From Bilabrum cf. latius (lineage: Eukaryota), in assembly GCA_965178125.1 (NCBI GenBank), contig OZ237772.1, positions 310,001 through 374,000 of the forward strand: a stretch of 64,000 nucleotides of DNA. The letters are read 5' to 3'. Position numbers and translations under genes: made by a program. Shown in pieces: positions 16,331-31,211 of this stretch; positions within the stretch are counted from its first letter, which is position 1, and every line of letters starts with the position of its first letter. The notes under the pieces are model-generated. The model was not told the origin of the DNA. It was given only the letters and a program-made list of their open reading frames with translations, and did not search any database.

Positions 16331-18409
16331 TCAGGCCTCATGAATGGCCAAATGAGCTACGTTCGTTCCCCGTTGTCTCGTGTGGTCGCCCTCCCTTCCG
16401 CCATCGCCATCTGTAGACACCTCCAACAGCTCAATGTCGGTTGCTGCTCCTACTCGAGCGGCAGCCGCTGAGGGTGCACCCCTAGCTGCAGCACCGCTGG
16501 CTCCTCCGGTTTGGTCTCCGGCTGTTGCTGTCCCCAAGATTGGGTTGATCTGCATGGACCCACCATCCCCGCCCAAGGGAACCCCGCCTCGCCTTGACGC
16601 AGACAAGATCACACGCGAGCCGATGCCGCCGCGGAAGCACCCAGCGTAGTTCATCGCGAAGCCAGCACCCACCATAGCCAGAGCCGTGATGCTCACAGAT
16701 AGCGCGATCACAGATGCCTGATTCAGCCCATTCCCGGCACCGTCAGAGCTCGGGTTGCCACCGGGGCTGCCTGGTGACGGGCTCGGATCTGCCTTTCCAC
16801 CCTCGTCATCGTCTGCTGTGCCCACGTTGCCGGGGCTGGCAACCGGGGATTGCTCTGGTTCGGGTTCGTTGGAAGGAAGTGGCGGATCCCCGATGGCAAC
16901 ACCTAGGTATCTAGTAGAGGCCACGGCGATCACTTTGGTTCGAATGTCCGGCTGTACAGAATCATCGCTACACATCTGTCTCGCTGGTGTGCTGTCCCCA
17001 AAAATGGCCATGCCTTTGTCGCGCAACGCTGCCCAGAAGCACCACTCTCCTATAGGTCCCATTGCAACCGTATTCTGCCACATGCGAAGCCAGCTCCCGC
17101 CAGAAAGTGACATTGTCTGCGTGAACACTTCACCTTTATCGGTCAGAGCTGCAACGCCGCCCGAGCCCACGACCTGATTCACGCGGGCAGGAACAATCAC
17201 TGGGTTGCCAATGTAGCTCCCGGGGAAGAGTATAAGCGCGCGCCCGTCAGCTTTGAACGCTGCAAACTTCTCGTTGGTGGATTCCACGCGAACGATCCCT
17301 GACCGCAGGAATGTGTCGTACTTGCCTGCAAGCAACTGTACAACGGTAGGTTGGTTGTCGTACAAAAAAATGACCCGACCGGTGCTGGTAACGACGACCA
17401 CGCAAGTCGATTGCTCCGGAGCAAACGGCGCGATCTGCCTCACGCCGGATGCCAGCTCTGGTCCGTACCTGCTGGCCTCTTGCTGGATGGGGCCCCACGC
17501 GATAACTTGCCCCGTGCTTGTGCGGGCCGCGCCCTGCCTCGGGATGATGTCCACTACGTCAGTAAGAGGAGGAGGGCTCGAGAGGTAGCCCCACACGACG
17601 GCAGTGCCGTCTTGCTTGATGACAGCACCGCTGTTGATCGAGAGCTCGACAACTTTGGCAACGCCGCTCGTCAGCTGGCTGAAAGGAGCCGACACCTGGC
17701 TGCCGCTCGCAACGATGACAAGCTGACCGTTGCTCTTCATGGCGTATACCTATCCGGATGGCGACACTCCAATGCTGTTGACGCCGTTCTGCAGCTCGTC
17801 TTGTACTTGTGTTGAATTGATGCTGGATCCCCACGACACGAACCTGCCGTCCGATCGGAGTGCGGCAAAGCCGTTCTGTTCAAATTTCCCGACATTGTTA
17901 GATCTTACATCCACCACACCACTCTATAATAAGTCCCATACGTAGCGGGTATCAGTAGCAGAACTCGCTTCGAAGCGATCGTTGGAAGACTGCGAGCCCC
18001 AAGTTACCACTTGTCCATTATCCTTGATTGCTACGAAGCTGTTCAAGCCAGCCACGAGTCCCACTGTCCCAGACTGAAGGAATTTGGATGCTCCAGTCCA
18101 GGAGGCGTGGAACGCCGCAACAGTACCAAGGCCAAGGTCTGAAGCTGGCGGCTCGAGTATTCCCGACACAACGCTACCATTCTCTAGCCTGGCCGCATAT
18201 GCAACTCCTACTACTTGAACTGCACACACTGTAGACGGGCTCAGATCTCGAGGAACGAGCAGGTGCGATCTAGTCCAAATCGCAGATAGCGACTGCGCCT
18301 CGCCGGTTTGGGACGACCACGCTTCTTGCGGGGCCGGAGACGAAAAAGGCCATGTAGGGCAGGTCGCAGCTGCAACAGCAATCAAACTCGCTGAAAGCAA
18401 AGCATGCAT
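16331..18409 (-). CDS. Type I membrane protein with RCC1/BLIP-II-like beta-propeller repeats
   Basis: Signal peptide MHALLSASLIAVAAA, repeats such as FVAIKDNGQVVTWG / FAALRSDGRFVSWG / AVIKQDGTAVVWG, a Pro/Ser stalk and TM VIALSVSITALAMVGAGFAM. TAG at 17924 and 17750 is read through; the stop is TGA. Confidence 0.75.
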
Positions 18410-18593
18410 TATTAACTGTTATCTTTCTCGGTTCGTAGTGACTAAATAGACGAAAGAAAGCAAGTTGCAAATGTGCACGCAACTTGTTCGGCGGCGTGCC
18501 CCAACCCATCCAATTAGATCTAGTCTAGCCAAGTATCGGCACACGCCCGACCAGCCATAGCGTCACACACATGCACCATCACCATCGCTTTTA

Positions 18594-21500
18594 TCACCTG
18601 CACATCCTCAGAATCCCCACGGCGCACAGCACCGCTAGAGCCGCAAGCCCGGGCACACACCCCGCCGCCGCGCGGTCCTGCAGCAGAAGCACCTGGGGCA
18701 GCTCCACGTAATCGCCCACACCGTAGATAGCATCGAGGGAACAACCGTCCCAGGGGCACAAACCCAGGGAGCACAGCAAGCCCCACACAATCGCTAGCAG
18801 GACCAGGACACCCTCCAGCCAGAAAAACACAGCACCCTCCTTGGAGCCGAGCACCACCCGATCATCCAGCCCAGGATCCGTGCCTCGGGTGAGACCAGCG
18901 GTGTGACGAGTGGAATGGTTCAGGCTGCCCTCACCTGATAGTTTCCTTCTTGCCCATTGAGGTACCATCCCTTTGCTGCTGCTGCTGCTGCTGTTGCTGT
19001 TGCTGCTGTTGCTGCCGGGCAGACAGTCGTTGGCGTGCAGCTCCACCCCGCTCCCCCTGTGCAGGTGCAGTCCATCTTGCCTGTGCGCGCCCTGCAGCCC
19101 CTCCCCCTCCCCCTCCTCGTCCCCAGCGCTGCTGCCGTCGCTGTCGCTTCTTGAGCCGAACGACGGCATGCTCAGGTCGGGCGGACCCACGCGACGAACG
19201 TTCCTTTCGCGGCGGCTGCTCCTATGCCCACTTTGAACGCCATTGCTGCCCGCTTCTTTACCGTGTTCCCTGGAATGGACCCCCACCTGCCCCCGGAGCG
19301 GGTCCTCATACCGCGCCAGAAGACCTACCCTCAGGTCCTGCCCGCTGTCATGCATACCAGCCCCCTCCGCCCCAGGGAACAAATCCGCACACCTGACCAG
19401 CAGCACGTCCTGCAGCTCCCACTGAAACCCCGCCAGAATGGCACCCAGCGCCCTCACGCTCCCGGACTGGTACCTCGTTGCTCGCCTCCGCGCAGATTCG
19501 AGGGCCCTCTATGGCGCAGACCATCCTAGACATCCTCCTGTCCTGCCGTGCTCTAGTGCTGCTCCCGCGGCGAGGATGTCTTCATTGCCAGCAGCACCAC
19601 CCCCCAACGCGTCAGAGGGAGCGTGCGTCCCCGCGATGTCCCCGTGCACCCGTGTCTCCTTCTTCCTGCCGCCAGCACCAGCCGAATCCTTGTGGTCCCC
19701 GTGCACCCCACGGTGCCACTGCACCAAAAGCCCAGCCCCCGCAGCACCGGACAGGGATCCCGACTTGGACCCGGAATCAGATCCGTGGATGGAGTCCATG
19801 GACTGGTTCAGATTCAGGCCGGCGCGACTACCCGCCGACTCGCCCGTCTCCAGCTCGATCCCCGATGCGTCGTGCACGCGAGACCACCCTCCTGTGCCGC
19901 CGCTGCTGCTGCTGCGGCTCACAGGACCGTCCCTGCCACCTGTGCCAAATCCACCCCCACCCTCGAAGGATGCCCCGCTGCCGCTGCGGGTTGCATTGGA
20001 TCCGGCATCGGAATCGGAGCGGTAGAGCTGGGAAGATGCCCCGCCCTAACTCTGCGTCCGGTGGTCGGAGACCGAGTCCTAGCCGCTGGAGGCACGGCTC
20101 AGGGTGGTCCGCTCGTTGGAATGTGAGGAAGTCGATGCTGAAGCGGTGGAGGACGGAGGCGGAACGAGGCCGTTGGAGCTGCTGCGGCTGCCGCTCGTAC
20201 TCCTGCGGGAATGACCGATGCGGCCGCACCTGTCTAGATCTAGTGCGCGCCTGCCGCTGGTTGCATGCCGCCTCTAGCCCGCGGCTGCAGATGGCGACCC
20301 GCGCTGGCTGACGTCAGCGATCGGATCACTGCCGACGAGCAGCGCCGCCACGTCGGCGTCCATGGTTTCCTCCAAATCCCGCTGCGTTCTCGTCAGCTCT
20401 CCGGGCTCATCTGCAGCGCAATGCATTTGGTTCCCGGCCCCTCCCTGCCCCGGCGCATCAACGGGGTATGTGCGGGCGGATCCGGAGCTAGAACCTGCGG
20501 TGCTGCTGTCACCATCCTCACTGTTTCCATCGTCCAGCTGTTCTCTGTCGGTACTGCCCATCCTCTCCTCGCCAGCGGCCGTGCTGTCCTCACTGTTGGG
20601 TGGCCCCGCGGCGCCTAGCCCCTCCGACTCAGTGACTGGCAAGTCGCCCACCGTGCTGGATTCCGTCTCGCTCGTGAATTCGCTCTGCCCGAGACCCGAC
20701 GGATCACTCTTCCCCCGATAGCCTTTGCCGTCCTTGCGGCGGCGACGGGTCCCGATCCCCGCCCCTGCACCGCGCTTGTGCTCGTGCTCAGTGTGAACCC
20801 CCTCGCTCTCAATGGCCGGCATGTGGCGGAGCCTGCCCACCCGAGAAGCGTGCGACAGGTACGGCGAGCTGCGTATGACGCGCCGCTGGATGACGTCACT
20901 GGATCCTCTGGGTCGGGTGGATCCGGAATCGACTGTTGCTCCACCACTGCTCCCGTTGCCGCTGCTGTGAATCCGCACGATCCCGATGGACCTGCGCATC
21001 GAGTCGCGCGCCGACGTGGAGGCACGGGACCCGGGTGACGCGTGCACTCGGCTCCTGCCAGCACTGGCGGTTGTGGCTGCAGTTGCGAAAGGCGCGCTGG
21101 TCTAGCCACTTGCTTGCTGGGTCGCCTGCGGCTGCACCGATGCGTGACCACTGCACCCGTTCAGGCCACCATCCGGATGAGCCGCAGGCAGAGCGAAGTC
21201 AGAGAGGCTGCCGGCTCCTGCGTGCTGACTCTGACCCTCGTTCAACGGAGAGACGAGCCGGCCCGGCGATGCACTTGTCACGTTGACTTCGCTCGCTGCA
21301 CCCTCTAGGTCGGAATGCATTGCATGTCTGGTCTCTTGACCAGGTCCTGCCCCGCTGCCGCTGCCGCTTCGTTCCCGGTGGTGACTCTAGGGGCGCGCGC
21401 CGTGCAGCCGCCCCATGTCGGTTCCATCTGCCGAGCCTGTGACGGCAAGCTGCAGACTCTGGGACGGGATACGACGGAACCTGTCGCGCTGTTGCTAGCT

Positions 21501-24500
21501 CTCTGCAAGCTAGCTCAAGATATCGCTATCACCGTTGATGCTGCTGCTTCCAGCTGTGCAATCCTGTCTGTGGCCCGGCATGTTCCCTCCTCCTGCTTCT
21601 CCTTCTCCTTCTCCACCTCCTTCTCCTCCTTCTCCTCTCTCTGCAGTTGCGCCTTCACCGGTCGCTTGCACACCCTGCGACAGGGCACTCCCGGTCGCAA
21701 CCTGCTGCTCGCCCTCACCCTAGGAGTTGGTGAGCGTGCCAGTGATGGATGTAGCAGGCAGAAACCCGACGCCCAGCATACCCTGCTTCACCGCCTCGTC
21801 CGAGCTGACCCGCGTGACGAGTGACGCAGCATACCCATTGGGCTAGCTCCGGGACACGTACAGACCCAGCCGCACGAGCGCTGTGACGATGAAGAGGAAC
21901 AGAAGGCTGCTTCCCGGCACATCCAGCCTCGCCTTCATCATGGCCATGCCACTCAGGAGCAGCACGAGCTGGCCGCAGGCGAGCGAGGCATGCACCATCA
22001 CCATGATACGTGCTGGAGTCAGGCAGGCTACCTCGCAACCTGCCCGGACAGCCACCACGATTGATGTCAGCAGCACAACTACACTTGCAAGCAAAGCGGA
22101 TAGCACGTTGAGCCCATTCCAGTAGGCCTTTGCGGAACCGCCACAGCCGCTAATGCTCTCAAACGCGGGAAGGCAAGGCAGGTACACATCAATGCGCACA
22201 CTTTCCGGATCGACCGCAAGCAGCCACACGCCTGCACGAGCCATGCCCATCTGCGGCCTTGTGACGAGTGCGTGTTGCAACCGCTGGGCCTGCGTGCCTG
22301 CCATGAATACCCTCTGGCTGCACGGCGTCGTGAAGTCGGGCGGGGCCGGAGTTGACTCGCACGCGGCCTGCTGTTGGGGGATGTACAAGTCAACGGACAT
22401 GCGCACCGTCAGCTGGGTGCACCACCCGAACGGTGCTAGAGCGCCGCTGCAATTAGGTCGCTGAACCGGTGCACTCCACTGCGGGTCAGACGTGTGAATC
22501 GTCCAGTCGGGCGCGGCGTGCGGAACCATGCCCAGCAGGTCCTTCATGTCCACTTCGATGTCATCTTCGATCCACTCAACCTGGGACCGGGAGGGGCTCG
22601 GGTAGTCTAGTCCTGGGGGCATCCCGGGACGAATCGGCAGAGCAGCGGGCCAGGCATTGCGATCGAAAACTATGTCAAAGCGAACGCGTGCAGTAGACAA
22701 AGGCAACCGCTGCGCCCATCGAGACGATCGAGACCACGACCGGTGCCACACATTGTCGTCGTCAGGCATGCATACCATATGCGGACTAGGCAAAGCCATA
22801 GAGCTGCCATCTAGCGCAGTGCCATAGTCATACACTGGGCGACCAATGCCATCCACCACCGGGTGCACAGACCCCAGAGCAGGCACCTGCGCCAGCCGAT
22901 CGTTCCCGTACAGCCTCTCGTCCTGCACCAGACCAGGATATCCAAGCCAGTACGAGTACCAGTGACGCGCCTGGCTCGCCACCAGAGCCCACCCATCTCG
23001 TGATGCACCCGCTGCCCCTGCCCCAATGCCAGCTGCAGCCAGCCCCGCATCCCGCTCGAGACCCACATCCACCGCGATGTGGCTGGGATCGTCGCACATA
23101 GCCAGGCAGTAGGGGCGCTCCTGGAAGTACCCTTGCGGGGCAGTGCGGGCGCATGCCCACCGTCCTCTGCTGATGGGAGGCAGGGTGGCATTAGGAGATG
23201 GGGGCAGCATACGGTGCGGGACGGGCCCTCGGTATACGGCGTATGGGCCAACCAGGGAGCCGATCGGCATTGCTGCTGCGGCTGCCTACTCCTGCCCCTA
23301 GGGTTCTAGGGCATTATTTCTCTAAGGCATGGTATCGCCGTGTCGTAGGCGACCCATTGACTGTACACCACCGCGCAATGCACTCTCCGAGCTGTTCCAT
23401 CGTCCCCGTACCGCAGGCTGATAGTCCCCGTTGTAAATGTACGACTCCTTGACCGAGCCTAGCACGAACCCGGCCCCGTTCTAAACGAGGGGCATGTCAA
23501 CCGGCACCAAATCCGTGGAGTAATTTCTTCTGTCCAGGTCGTATCCGAGCGCGCAGCCTACCATGCCAGTAGGAAACAGCTGCATAATACGGTCATGCAC
23601 ATGCCGGCCCACAGCGCGCCTGTACTTGATGCTGCCTGGATCAGTCACGTTGCCCACGTCTGGCCTGCATGACCTGGATGCGATGCACGATGTGTCATCC
23701 AAGAACACTTCCTGCGCTGTGGTGGCAAACTGTCCCGGAACATCTAATTCTCCGCACTTGAGGGCGCCATAGGAGCGTGCCCACGATGCTGTCTAGTTCC
23801 CGTTCCGGCTGCCCGGCACGCCCTTCACCCTGGTGGAAGGAACGTTCGTCACCAGGACCACCACGTGCGCCCGGTTGACCCTCCACGCGTAGTCGATCGC
23901 GTCCCCCTGCAGCAGAGCATTCTTCTTGACCGGCAGCACGGCAACGGTGCCGGGGGGCCAAACGGTCGTGACGGTCTAGCTCCACACGGCTGTCCTGGCG
24001 GCAGCCACAAGGGTCCCTCGCTAGTCCCCCATCTAGGTACGCATCTAGCACGTAGACACCGTGTGGGACCACCCAGTGGTGGGGTCGCGACCCCTGGGGG
24101 AGGTGCTCAGGGGGACATACCCGGAGGCATCCGCGGGGTCCATTGGGTCGGTGGGGGGGCACAGGGTCCTGTCCTCATTTGATTCCGAGTCAAACATATC
24201 CGGCTCTAGGTCCGTTGGGAAGCCCGCGCTGTGTGGGTGCTGCCTGCTCCAATTCCGAAATGTGGTGGGCCAGTGCACCGTCTGCCGGCACGTGTCGTTG
24301 AGGGGGATGGGCTCGTCCATGGGGGTGCAGTCCGGCCTATAGATGCGACGGGGGCAGTCAACCATGCCCATGTGCATGCAAAACTGCTACGGCTGATTGG
24401 TCGCAAGGTGATCGAGCACCATCTGCTACCCGTAGTGCCTATCTTCGAAGCCTGGCGCAATCACGTGAGTTCGGGAGAGCGTGGTGCCTCTGGGCACGCG

Positions 24501-25213
24501 CTCTGGTGCCCCTTGTCGGCTGTACACCTGCATGGTGTTCCCTAAAATGCTTGAACCTGCATACGGTGGCTGCATCACGAGTGTCCAGGCTTCCACGGTG
24601 TAGGGCTCGGCGGAGCGCACGGGCGGAGCGAGCGAGGGCCAGCCCGGTCGCTGGCGGATACCGAATGGAGGTAACTGTCGGCTCGCAGTTCCTGCCAGGA
24701 ACGGATAGCTAGCAGTGGCTGCTTGTATATTATGATTAAATTTAGCTGCTTCTTGTGCAGACACCTGGGGTCCAGCCAACCATGTGCTGGGCCCCGGAAG
24801 GAGCGGCCAACCGTTCGTGGGATCTCCTGGAAAAGGAGCCTACACAAGGTTACAATCTTTGGCACTGCCAAGGGTCACCGATAGTTCAGCGAATTGACTC
24901 TGCAATATTCGGTGCTGGCGGGCTGAATCGTTGCCACCCACGCCAAGCTGGGCCGGATGCGGGAGCAAAAACCATGAAGCTGCGGTGTATTCGCGACGAC
25001 AAGTCAGTACAATGCATTTGCTCCATGGAGCGGGCAGCATCGAAGGATATATGATATTATCTCACCATTGCACACGGTATTGTGCCGAGTACCAGCGGCG
25101 CTGCCACCCAGCAGCACCGCAGATTGTGGTCTCGACAACAGCATTTCGGAAAACGTGTCAGCAGCCGACAGACCACCCGACGCAACAAATAGCAGAATTA
25201 ACCTGGTACACAT
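18594..25213 (-). CDS. Unrecognised large multi-pass membrane protein family, copy 1 (~2177 aa); join complement(25066..25213,18594..24979)
   Basis: Signal peptide MCTRLILLFVASGGLSA, phase-1 intron 24980..25065, then one frame with ~20 TAGs to TGA 18594. It shares blocks (CTPMDEPIPLNDTCRQTV, WACARTAPQGYFQERPYCLAMCDDP) with copies 2-4. Confidence 0.8.
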
Positions 25214-25874
25214 GATTTAACTTCACAGTGGTGGCATCATGTCAACTGGACGATATATGTACCTCTTGTCTGCCAATCACCAGGTGCGTACTTGCGACCA
25301 AATTGTGCCGATTCAGCTCGCAATCATCACATCATGCCGTTTCATGCGGCTGCTTTAGTTCTACCACCTGAGTAGAAGTAGAATCTAGAGATTAATATTT
25401 TCGGGTTGCATACTTCATTTCTTACACGATTGTGAATTGCATTTTTAAAAACATAATTTCTTTCCCTATGTGCAGACCTCAAGGAGGTGAAGGGACGGAG
25501 GTCGCTGCCCGTGGCAGGCCTCCAGGATGCGGACTAGATTAGCACGACAGGAAATGATCCGGTCGGTCGGTACGGCCTTTACCTCCATGGCCCAATTGAG
25601 ACACGATTGGGGAAGCGGTTGCATCGGACTGGTGGCGTCTGGCACTCAAAGGTCATCATGAAATCTCCTGCGCAGCAGATGGTGCCCATGGCTCGGCTTA
25701 ACTATGAAACTCTATATGCCGAGCCCATGGAGCTGTCGTCTTGCCAGTGTTGGAGACCGGCAAAGGGGGCAGCATGCGGTGTGGGACGAGCCCTCCAATC
25801 GGAACACAAGCGGATCAAGTGCACACCAGTTGGCTTTACAATGGATATGGTCCTATTTCCATTATTATTTGAAG

Positions 25875-28800
25875 TCAAGCATCGCTGCAGGGTATCCACA
25901 TCGTCAAAATCCAAGCCAACCTTGCGGCAGCAGATAGGCAAACAGGAACGATCGCCAGGCCTGTCACAAGCACCCTTTCCCACAGTAATAGTTGGGCTGG
26001 CATATTTGCCAGCGCATGATGGAATCTATTAGGTCCTTGTTGTTCCATCCGTTCTCCTGCGCATGTCTCCCATCCGCACGCACCAAAAGTGCACGCAGCC
26101 ACCCAGGCCATAATCCCAAGCCTAGCAGCGGCATCGATCGCGTCAAGCAGCGCTACTAGGGGGTGCAGTTGGATCTGCAAGGCAGCGAGGTGGGCAGTCG
26201 AGGTAGAACTAGGCTTTTCGCGTCCAGCGCATGCCTCGGTAAGGCCAATATCGGCAGTGCCCCACGACTCGCTCAAAGGCACAAATCGATTCGGCTCCGG
26301 GGTCCCACTAGCTGGCATACCGCCACCAATCGGGATGTCAGATTCAGACTCGGAGCTTGCAACGGCTCCATGGCTATCCACGCTGCTGCTCAGTGTGGGC
26401 GGAGGCTGCAACAGCAACGGCTCTGTTGCTCGGACCTGCAGAGATGTAAACTCACCGAGATCTACTGCGGCGGGCCGGGAGTGGTGCCCGCGGGCCCGCC
26501 TGGCCATGGCTCGTAACAGTGAGCTGCCGGCGCCCGCGTTCAAGCCGTACACGATCGCAGCGATTGCTTGCACGTGCCTGGCGAGGCCGTCGATCCCTTC
26601 GTTCGCATGCAGCATCTGGGGGTACGGAGGAGCATCGGCATTGCCAGTCGTATTCCGTGCAGAGCCGCCCGAGTCGACTTGTTGCAGGTTTCCAACCAGA
26701 GACATGGTCGTTGGAACTTTGCCGGATAATTCATCGTCTTGAAGGAAGTGCTCCACAGACGATTGCAGTGCAGTGGCAGGCTGATTCCGCTACTGGCGCT
26801 GGCGCTGGTCCGGACCCGGCCCCACCAATGCCTTGGCGCTCGGCTGCCGTGCGGTATTCGCGGTAGATGTCGTGCGCGATCCATGTTTTGCGACGGCTGT
26901 ATCATCCGAGCCACGAGACTGCAACCTAGCCGACGCTCGTTCTAATCCTTGTCGGCCTGTGTCAGGCTCTGTGGTCTCTAGCTCCGAGGGACCTGCCGTG
27001 TGTACTACCGACATCACGCTGATCCTGCCCTTGCGCAGGTGTCTGCCTACGTACCTTGTCCGGGCCTGCAGGTCAAGATGGGTGCCTGATACATGGCCTC
27101 GATCTCGAGTGGTGATCGCGCCGGGTCCGGTTGGTCGCACGCTTGCCGCCCCCCGTGTGTCTGGGTATATATGCGCTTGTCCAGCCTCCTCGTCCTCCAA
27201 CTCGTACTGAATCTCTTCCTCATTCCATGACTGCTCTTCCCACACGTTGAACTCTTCATCGTCGCTATTATACCGAGGCATAGCATTGTTCTGCTGCGGC
27301 GTGGCTCCCTCGCGATCGCGCACCTGCGCGCTGCCTACGTGCCTGGCAGTAGAGTCGACTCCAAACGTATCCCACACCACCTGATGGCCGTTCTACCCGC
27401 CGACCTACGCTGCCCACTCGCCATCCCGCGTGTCATGATCCGGTTCAGACCCCCTCGAAATGCCATTAGACGATAAGCGCTTGACCTGGTGCGCTCCTTG
27501 CGCACCACCATCACCGCTCCCTTCCGTAAACACGCCGCTGCGTACCGAGTCCTCGTCCAGCCTCCCCGCATGTGTCCAGGTTGTTGCATCTCCTTCATGC
27601 AGAGGCACGATGGGATACATCGCGGTGTCGAATCGCTCCCTTGCACAGCATTCCAAGGGGCGACAGCATGCACAGCACTCCTCTGCATCCTGGCGGCGCA
27701 CACCAGGCGTGCAACAATGGGAGCTTCCCCCACACACAGCGAGTGAGACGCGACAAGAGGCCAGTAGAAACAACACGCCACCCCCAACCATGCCAGGGAG
27801 CGCAAGACCCACCATGTGCATGGAATACAGCGCGGCAATCCACATCAGTGTGCCGGTGACGCCCCATGTATCGCAGCAATGCCTGCGATCTCTCGCATCA
27901 CAGCCATTCGAATTAGAGCACCAGAGCAATAGGGTATATACTGCCACGACAAACACCAGCAATCCCACGAATGCAAGGGGCCAGATCAGCATGGTCGAAG
28001 CAGTCACAATGCAACCAGCGTCATCGCTCCAGCCACTCGTCAGCATGCACGGCAGCTCGATCGTGCCCCGCACAGAGTCTGCATCCACGGCCATGAGCCA
28101 CTTCCCAGCGAGCCTGTCATGCGGGTCAGAACTGAGTGCCTGCACTAGCCGTTGAGCGAGGGAACCCGGAGTCAGCACACGCTGCGTGCTTGAGAAGCTG
28201 TTTGCTAACGTGCCATCTTGCTGTGCTTTGTAGGATCCCAGCGCGGCAAAATCAACTGTGATTGGAATTCGGACCATCAGCTGGGTGCACCAGCCTTCTC
28301 GAAGCTGATAGTTGCCGTCGCAATGCGGTAAATTCACCGGTGGTAGAGCTTGCACCGCACCGGCTCGCACTGCATGGATGGCCTGCATCCCTGCCACTGC
28401 AAGAGACACTCCCAGCAGGTCTGCAACGTCATCTGCGATGTCCCCCTCCAGCCACCGCAGCTGCTTTCGTGACGGAGTGGGGTACAGCAGGCCTGGCGCT
28501 TCTGACCGACCCGACTCCATGGCAACAGGCCACGCATTTCGATCAAAGAGCAGGTCCAACGATACTCGAGCTCGACTGACCGGCAATCGCTGCGCCCATC
28601 GGGACGATCGAGACCACGACCGGTGCCACACATCGTCGTCGTCAGGCATGCATGCCATATGCGGACTCGGCAATCCTATTGAGCTGCCGCCTGGCGCAGT
28701 GAGATTTCGATACACAGGACTAGACAATCCATCCACCACCGGATGCACAGACCCCAGAGCAGGCACCTGCGCCAGCCGATCGTTCCCGTACAGCCTCTCG

Positions 28801-31087
28801 TCCTGCACCAGACCAGGATACCCAAGCCAGTACGAGTACCAGTGACGCGCCTGGCTCGCCACCAGAGCCCAACCATCTCGTAATGCACCCTCCGTCCCTG
28901 CCCCGACACCAGCCGCAGCCAGCCCCGCATCCCGCTCGAGACCCACATCCACCGCGATGTGGCTGGGATCGTCACACATAGCCAGGCAGTAGGGGCGCTC
29001 CTGGAAGTACCCTTGCGGGGCAGTGCGGGCACATGCCCACCGTCCTCTGCTGATGGGAGGCAGGGTGGCATTTGGAGATGGGGGTAGCGTGCGGTGCGGG
29101 ACGGGACCTCGGTACACGGCGTATGGACCAAACAGGGCACCGTATTTTGGCTGCATTGTAGCATTAGGGGCCGCATCTACCTAATTTGAAGCGCCCCGCA
29201 ATAATTCAGCATGCAACCGCACTCTTTGCGCAGTGCTGACTCGCATACTGGATTCATTCTGCCATCTACCCGTTATCGCAGGCGAGTACGTCGTGCCTGT
29301 TTCCGACTTCAGGAATGAACCTAAAAACGGGAATGAGCTTATTCCAAAGGCAAACCCGGCCCCATTCTGCGCGATCGGCATGTCTACCGGAAGCAGATCC
29401 GAAGTATACTCGTCACGGTTCAGGTTGTAGGTGAATGCGCACCCTACCATGCCCGTGGGAAACAGCTGAGCGATGTCCGATGCCACGTACTCGTCCACGG
29501 CCTGCCTGTACTGCGGGCTGCTGGCGTTGGTGGAGGATCTCACATCTGGCCTGCACGACCTGGAAGCGATGCAGGAGGAGTCATCAAGGAACACGAGCTC
29601 CATATCTGAGGTCTGCATGAGTCCCCTGCAAATGGGGGACGAGTACGAGGTGGCCGCACCGGTGGCGTTGGAAGATTGAGCGAAGCCAGGCAGTGTGGTG
29701 CTCGGCACATTTCCCACAACCGCCACCACGTGCCCCCTGTTCGTCCTCCAAGCATAGTCGATGTAGTCACCATCAGGTACGGCGTTGCGACCCACAGGCA
29801 GCACGGCCACGGTGCCGGGGGGCCACACGGTGGTGACAGTCTGCGTCCAGACCAGCGTCGTGGAAAGCGCCTTTAGATCGCCCCTCTGCGACCCGTCATT
29901 AGAACGCTCTGAGCACATTTCGCTCATGTAGGGAACTGGCTCCCCGCGCATGTAGTAGTATCGATCTGGGTCCGACGCGTTCATCGCAATCAGCGGGGGG
30001 CAGCTGGCCTGGGAGGAGGCTGAGACTGATGCATTAGCTCCAGATCCTTCGAATATGTGATATTCACGCAATTGTGCATCGACTTGCTGGCGTGGTGTGG
30101 CCGTGGCGGCGCTTCCGAATGTCTTGGGCCACAGCACCGTCTGCCGGCACGTGTCGTTGAGGGGGATGGGCTCGTCCATGGGGGTGCAGGCCGGGTCAAA
30201 CGTGCGTCGGGGGCAGGTGATGGTGGTGAGACCAGCACAAATGCTCGGTAGAATGCCCGTGCCAGCCCTGTAGTTCACGTTCGGATTCCCGAACCGCTTG
30301 TTCTGGTACCCGGACGTGGACACGTCGTTTTGTACAACGGTGTCACCATGCTTGCGCCCATTTCCGGTTCGGCTCCAAAGCTGATGCGTGTTCCGCAGCA
30401 CTTGCTACTATTCCTGCTGCGGTTTCAGCACCATGACCCACGATTCCACCGTGTACGGCTCGGCGGCTCGCACGGGTGGGGCTACCGCCGGCCAGGGTAC
30501 CCTCGGCACTGACTAAAAAGGAGGCAGCTGCGGCGTCACCAAGGCGGCTAGGTTCTACACGCTATACGGTGATCGGTTGATTAATTCATCGATTCCACTA
30601 TTACCTCCAGTAATGCCGCCCTGGCGCAGGAATGCCTGGCCAATTCGAGGCCCGACTGGGAGACCGCTTTGCGGGGCAACTGTGACAGGCCAGCCCGTGC
30701 TCGGAATACCTAGCCAAGGTTTATGCACTAATGTAGACGTATGACTCATCCTGGAAACAAACCTGGAGTCGTTGGGATGCAATGTCCGAGACTTACGTTG
30801 GCCATCGCATGTTCCCAAATTGCATATCGACGGTAGCTCGAACCACGAGGCTGCAGCATGGGAGTAGCACACATGTCAGTATCGGACAAATTGGAAAGTT
30901 GGTCATAGGGCTGGATATACTGCTATTGCTTACAGTTCTGAATGGATGCATTGACTGGTATTGCCGACACAGCAGTTCCAATGACTAGCTTTGACTACGG
31001 ACGCTGTCGTTCCATTGCAATGTGCAGGTTGCCCATGCATTGGTAAGCAAGCAAGAAATGAAATGCAATCAGTTGTATTGTCTTCAT
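25875..31087 (-). CDS. Unrecognised large multi-pass membrane protein family, copy 2 (~1709 aa); join complement(30934..31087,25875..30850)
   Basis: Signal peptide MKTIQLIAFHFLLAYQCMG and GTAAGC..TGCAG intron 30851..30933. ORFs 30555-30872, 29181-30401, 27405-29156, 26790-27380 and 25875-26756 are the same frame linked by TAG; the stop is TGA. Confidence 0.8.
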
Positions 31088-31211
31088 GCCAGGCAGCATC
31101 GCAAAAATGACGAAACGGAAAATATTCGGGGTTTCGTCTTCATCTTCAAAACAGCTCATGAAATTTGCGTTGGTTCGTGACCTGCAGCATTTGGTGTGCA
31201 TGGCACGATAG